Assembly: GCA_010093605.1 (NCBI GenBank) | Contig: MU004195.1 | Location: forward strand, 1,069,566-1,133,565 | DNA length: 64,000 nt | Reading direction: 5' to 3' | Source of the DNA: Lophium mytilinum | Lineage: Eukaryota | Shown: positions 59,235 to 64,000 of the stretch, piece after piece | Layout of the letters: every line of letters starts with the position of its first letter | How positions within the stretch are numbered: the first letter of the stretch is position 1 | Notes under the pieces: generated by a model | What the model saw: only the letters and a program-made list of their open reading frames with translations | What the model was told of the DNA's origin: nothing | The model's database searches: none | Program-made: the position numbers and the translations under genes

Positions 59235-62200
59235 ATGTCTCCGTCCTCTAGCAATGTTCCACAAACACCTGATAGACAGTCCTCCACCAACGCCCTGCTC
59301 GGCGCCTTCAGAACCCTCACTGGCGGCCGTATCAAGAACCCGTCCTCCCCCTCCACCTCCGCAACTCTCACGCCCGCACAGACCCCTTCGTTAAGGTCCG
59401 TGGATAGGGCGGCATCAGCGGCCAGTGCTCCCCCGGGCCGCGGGATCTTTGGGGTGGGTGACGGACTGTCGCAATGCTCGGAGAGTTGCCATGAGGCGGA
59501 CAAAGAGAAGGATGTTGCGGGGGAAGTCCTGGGTGGGCCTGTCGAGCTGGCCTCATTATTGGAACAGCTGGATATTGCCAACCCGACCTACGACAGGATA
59601 CTCGCCATAAAAAAGATCTGCCCCATACTGAAAGACTACCCCGTGGACAATGTTTCTGCTCTCTGGATTGCAGCAAGTGATCTTCTCGATCAAGAGGATC
59701 CCCCGGAGGCGTCCGAGGCTGCCTATAGTCTTTTAACGAGCTGCGTTGAGTTGCCGGACCTCAGTCCTATGGAGCGACATATATTCTTCAAGGCCATTTC
59801 GAGCGGAAGATCTCCCAAAAATTGCGACCTCCGCCTACAGGCAATGCTCGAACTGACTATCGGTGGGCGAAACGTTGAGGCGTTTGAGCCGCTCGTCGCA
59901 CCTTTTGTAACCAAATCACTAGATACTTGCTTCAAGCTAGCTCGCGAAGCTCGTAGGACGAGGAAGCAAAAACGGGCAGGCCCGACATTAAAAGAAGACG
60001 AGACGCTATCTCGAATGTTTCAGTATATCGTGGACATCACAAAATTCAACTCAAAAGTCTTCAAGGAAGAGGATGTCGACCTCCTTCTGACCCAAACCAT
60101 GGCGATTTGCAAAGAAACTACTCAGGAAAGCGACATTGACCAAGCTATCCGGATATTTGACACCCTGATTACCTACACTCACATTCCAGTCCAGTCCTTG
60201 AAGCCCTGCTTGGAGGTGCTTTGTGATGTTCATCGACAACTGACCAATCTCCAAGATCCAACGTGGAGCTCATTGAGCAATTTATTCAAGTCTCATGTCG
60301 GACAGGCTTCGGTAACAGCGTTGTTGGGAATTCTTCGCGATGCTCCCAATCCCTTGGGCCGCAGAAGAAACATTCCGCGCGGCGTAGTGCACGTACTCCA
60401 GAAGCTCTTACTCTACAACGGAGCGGACAGCCTCCCTAAGGTGCCCGTCTCGCTTCTTCTTTCTTCCTTGAAAGTTTCTCTCGCAGTCAACTATCCAAAG
60501 CATGATGCAGACGTCGTCGGGCTGATTGCGACCATCGTGACTGATACTACTCTCACGCAGCTTTTACTCAAGGAGACCGACTGGAGCGATTTGGTCTCCA
60601 TAGTGGACACATGCGCGCATCGAGAAGAGATGGAACCAGGGTCTGCGTCAAGTTCGACAATCGAAGCTACCTCCAACGTGGACCCGTCTCTGGGGTCTGG
60701 GACACAATCGGCCGAAGAATCCAAGGCATACGATGACCTGTCGAGAATTCTTACTAGGCTAGACAGCTTGTGCGAACAGACTGACTTCGTGCAGAAGGCA
60801 TCAATAATGGAGCTTTTTATGCGCCTAGCGCATCGCATCAGCAACCCTGCTGCAGAAGGTCTCGTCAGATACTACGCAGAAGAGAGACTTCTTCATCCTT
60901 CGAATGAAACATGGCTAGAAGCTTGTCGGACCCTACTGGCAAAAGCTTTCAAAGACCAAAAGCGGCCTCGACCTCTTCGCCTCCTCATTGTCCAGACATT
61001 GAGGGACACGTACAACACGGTAGAAGGTATTTGCACCGGGGTCCAGATTTCCCAATGTGCGCAAATGATCCTGGACAATATTGCCGATGAGAAAGACGTT
61101 GCCGTACTTCATGAGCTCGTGGATTTTGCTGTCAATGTTGCCGATCGAGCATCCGATGAGGTCTTCGAAGATGTAGTAGCGCTTCTGAAGGCGCCGCTAG
61201 AACAACCGGCACCACAATCGCCAAATTCACATCCCAACCTTGCGGCATATTGGGCTTCCCCTGCAATTCGTCGAGACGTGGAAACCTTCGGAACTCCCCA
61301 TAACGTCCTGGCGTCTGCTTTGGTGCGGTTGTTCACTCGAACGCTAAATCAATCCGCCATGAAATGTCGAGTTCTGTATGACACTCTGCTGCTTGTTGCG
61401 GGATCTGAGTCGTGCGACACTGATGCGCGAATCACTGCGCTCAAACTCCTCTTCCGGCTACGCAGTGACTCTAATTACGCCATGATCGTGAACCCTTCCT
61501 CGGAAGGTGAGAGTATTGCCGCCGTGCTTTGTCGTACCACAGAAACGGCAATACATCAGGACAAGATAGACGACCACGTGCCAATCGATACTTCGAAACC
61601 AGAAGAGCATATATCTTGGCGCGACAAGAAAGACTTGAACAACAGTCCTCATTCTTCGCTCACAAGAAACTCAGCTCGTCCAGCAAACCTTACAGGCCGA
61701 ATCTCGCGTCCAGTTCCACCACTGTGGATGTACCCGGGCCCAAAAGGTCTTCCTGAAGAGCCGTCACGCACGGCCAGTCGGTATACGTTTTCGTATGTCG
61801 AACCAACCGATGAACAAGAGACGAGCCCTCGCTCTGAGTTGAAGATCGCACTGTGGCTCGAACTTCTTATATCCTTACTACAAAAAGCACCCGATTGGGA
61901 ACTGTACAGCTATATCTTGGTTCATTTGGGACCTCAGCTTTCGAATCAATCCCTCTTCCGTAATGCAGTCCCGCAGCTGAAGATGTTGCGAAGCGTGCTT
62001 TGCGAGCAAATCCGAGCAACCACGTTCCACGAGCCACCAAATCACACGTTGCTCAAGAAGGCCGATGTTGCTGTGTGCTTGTTCCATGTCCTCACGATTC
62101 TTATCAGCTACCATGCTCACTACGAAAAGAGCGAGGAGGATGAGCTAGTCAGAGCATTTTTACATGGAATTGGTTCGTGGGAAAGGACTTCGAAATGGTG

Positions 62201-64000
62201 CATTCATGCACTAACGGTGTGCTGTCACGAGCTACCGCTTTCTGTCACCAAGTCACTGGATAATATTGTCGTAAAGATGTCTCAAATTATCACTCAAGCT
62301 CAAGTCGCAATCCATATCCTCGAGTTCCTCACGTCCTTGGCTCGAATGCCGGAGCTTCACAAGCATTTCCGAGAAGACGACTATAGGACGATATTTGGTG
62401 TTAGCTTTCGCTATCTGCAATATGTTCGGCACAAAAATGAGGATATGGTCGCCTCTAGTTCTTCCCCGAGTGGCCAAAAGGCGCTTCGACACAGCGGCGC
62501 CTCTCGCGATTTCTCTCATGCGTCCAACCCAAAAGCGGTAACGAACAAGTCCACAACTGATGACCTTCCACAATATGTGTACGCGTTAGCTTTTCACGTC
62601 ATCACTTTCTGGTTCATGGCCTTGAAACTGCCAGAGAGACATCAGCAGATAAAATGGATCACTCAAAACCTGGTCTACCAAAATAAAGCTGGACATAATA
62701 TTATTGAAGAGCAAAGCCAAGTCATCATAGATTTGATGCAGATGGTAGCATATTCGGACCGCGACGAAACGAGCCCAAACCCAGACTTCGCGAAACCTTC
62801 GGATGGGGATATCTTGGAGAAAACATGGCTTGTAGGACACAGCTTGCTAACACTGGAGACAGCTGGAAGAACTGGCGTGACTCAAATGACGAGCAGGAGA
62901 CCGTGCGGTACTCGTTACTCCAGCATTCGTCCTCTTGTTACACAACTCCCTCAACACCATATTCCCATAGCCTCCGGCGAGACTTCGGAGGCCTTCTTGG
63001 AGTCGTCATATCCCAGTATTCTCCCAGACGACATCTACCAAAGCTACTTCGGGCCGCTCAATTTTCCTTCTGCTTTGGGTGTCCTACCCGAACCGCCAAC
63101 CTGTCTACCAGAGGACGATATGAGTCGACGGGCCATTGCGACTTTTGACCGTAGTCCCACAGTCGATGGACACAAGATTGGTGTCATCTATATCGGCGAA
63201 GGGCAGACTGACGAGCGGGAGATCTTGCTAAACGTAATGGGATCTTCTGACTATACTGCCTTTCTCGGTGACCTCGGAACACTGATGCGTCTCAAAGGCG
63301 CGAAATTCAACACTGGTGGTCTCGATACTCGTTACGACAGTGATGGCGAATTTACTATTGCTTGGCGCGATCGCGTAATGGAAATTTGCTATCATATCAC
63401 CACAATGATGCCTACGAATCTTGAAGGCAACGAGACTTACGCGAATAAAAAGCGACATATCGGGAACGACTTTGTCAATATCATCTTTAACGATTCTGGC
63501 CTTCCATACGATTTTGACACTTTCCCTTCCGCCTTCAATTACGTCCATATTGTCGTCACACCTGAAGCGCGGGCTTCCTTCATCGAGCGCCGTCTAGACC
63601 TGGACCCAGACGGTAGGACTCGATACTACAAGGTCCAGGTCATCCCAAAACCCGGTTTCCCCGAAATATCCCCAGCAGCTGAAAGCAAGATGATCAGTGG
63701 AAAACACCTTGCCGCTTACTGCCGCCTCATCGCCATCAACGCCAGCGTGTTTTCGCAAGTCTGGTTCGAGCGCGAGGGCGGCGAGTCTGTCTCCTCATGG
63801 CGACATCGACTACGCCAGATTGTGAGGCTGCGCGAACGATATATACCTAAGCCCGTCCCACCGAAAAACGACGATTCGCCGTCCTCGCCTTCTGGCGAGA
63901 TGAACCGGTTTTCAAGCACGCCTGTGCCCAGTTCGAGAGGTAGTAACATGTCTATGCGGGAGAGCAAGATCACTGTCAAGCGCTCTAGCAACTTCACCCA
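59235..64000 (+). CDS. TSC2: Tuberin (Tsc2), Rheb GTPase-activating protein; 3' truncated by the window edge
   Basis: Frame from ATG 59235 appears open to the window end. It contains DWELYSYILVHLGPQLSNQSLF, LPQYVYALAFHVITFWF and the Rap-GAP motifs HKIGVIYIGEGQT and KKRHIGNDFVNIIFN. Confidence 0.95.
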   Translation, partial: MSPSSSNVPQTPDRQSSTNALLGAFRTLTGGRIKNPSSPSTSATLTPAQTPSLRSVDRAASAASAPPGRGIFGVGDGLSQCSESCHEADKEKDVAGEVLGGPVELASLLEQLDIANPTYDRILAIKKICPILKDYPVDNVSALWIAASDLLDQEDPPEASEAAYSLLTSCVELPDLSPMERHIFFKAISSGRSPKNCDLRLQAMLELTIGGRNVEAFEPLVAPFVTKSLDTCFKLAREARRTRKQKRAGPTLKEDETLSRMFQYIVDITKFNSKVFKEEDVDLLLTQTMAICKETTQESDIDQAIRIFDTLITYTHIPVQSLKPCLEVLCDVHRQLTNLQDPTWSSLSNLFKSHVGQASVTALLGILRDAPNPLGRRRNIPRGVVHVLQKLLLYNGADSLPKVPVSLLLSSLKVSLAVNYPKHDADVVGLIATIVTDTTLTQLLLKETDWSDLVSIVDTCAHREEMEPGSASSSTIEATSNVDPSLGSGTQSAEESKAYDDLSRILTRLDSLCEQTDFVQKASIMELFMRLAHRISNPAAEGLVRYYAEERLLHPSNETWLEACRTLLAKAFKDQKRPRPLRLLIVQTLRDTYNTVEGICTGVQISQCAQMILDNIADEKDVAVLHELVDFAVNVADRASDEVFEDVVALLKAPLEQPAPQSPNSHPNLAAYWASPAIRRDVETFGTPHNVLASALVRLFTRTLNQSAMKCRVLYDTLLLVAGSESCDTDARITALKLLFRLRSDSNYAMIVNPSSEGESIAAVLCRTTETAIHQDKIDDHVPIDTSKPEEHISWRDKKDLNNSPHSSLTRNSARPANLTGRISRPVPPLWMYPGPKGLPEEPSRTASRYTFSYVEPTDEQETSPRSELKIALWLELLISLLQKAPDWELYSYILVHLGPQLSNQSLFRNAVPQLKMLRSVLCEQIRATTFHEPPNHTLLKKADVAVCLFHVLTILISYHAHYEKSEEDELVRAFLHGIGSWERTSKWCIHALTVCCHELPLSVTKSLDNIVVKMSQIITQAQVAIHILEFLTSLARMPELHKHFREDDYRTIFGVSFRYLQYVRHKNEDMVASSSSPSGQKALRHSGASRDFSHASNPKAVTNKSTTDDLPQYVYALAFHVITFWFMALKLPERHQQIKWITQNLVYQNKAGHNIIEEQSQVIIDLMQMVAYSDRDETSPNPDFAKPSDGDILEKTWLVGHSLLTLETAGRTGVTQMTSRRPCGTRYSSIRPLVTQLPQHHIPIASGETSEAFLESSYPSILPDDIYQSYFGPLNFPSALGVLPEPPTCLPEDDMSRRAIATFDRSPTVDGHKIGVIYIGEGQTDEREILLNVMGSSDYTAFLGDLGTLMRLKGAKFNTGGLDTRYDSDGEFTIAWRDRVMEICYHITTMMPTNLEGNETYANKKRHIGNDFVNIIFNDSGLPYDFDTFPSAFNYVHIVVTPEARASFIERRLDLDPDGRTRYYKVQVIPKPGFPEISPAAESKMISGKHLAAYCRLIAINASVFSQVWFEREGGESVSSWRHRLRQIVRLRERYIPKPVPPKNDDSPSSPSGEMNRFSSTPVPSSRGSNMSMRESKITVKRSSNFT

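Overview
Intron-containing genomic DNA from a filamentous ascomycete (Pezizomycotina; Dothideomycete-like by protein similarity, which is an inference). About 29 protein-coding genes could be modelled by hand from GT..AG introns with CTRAC/CTRAT branch points. Conserved housekeeping genes: QCR10, YPT1/Rab1, GGC1, a Mug163-like gene, EDE1, a TDA3-like FAD oxidoreductase, a WWM1-like gene, CSE1, and TSC2, which runs off the window end and is missing from the ORF track. These are mixed with accessory genes: five F-box-like proteins, including two paralogous F-box/ankyrin genes that flank a divergent Zn2Cys6 TF plus amidohydrolase pair; Ayg1; an amidase; a CorA-like protein; a divergent beta-carbonic anhydrase; an MDR reductase; a SnoaL-like protein; a sulfotransferase-like protein; a SET protein with an apparent signal peptide; and small secreted proteins. 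No tRNA, rRNA, CRISPR array or intact transposon was seen. The best finding is the first intervening sequence of YPT1 (2139-2323, minus strand). It reads as a spliceosomal twin intron in which a complete internal intron splits the outer donor between nt 3 and 4 (GTA|AGT). Both the half-spliced intermediate and one-step splicing from the internal donor put TAA at codon 5. All assignments come from motif recognition by eye; no searches were run.
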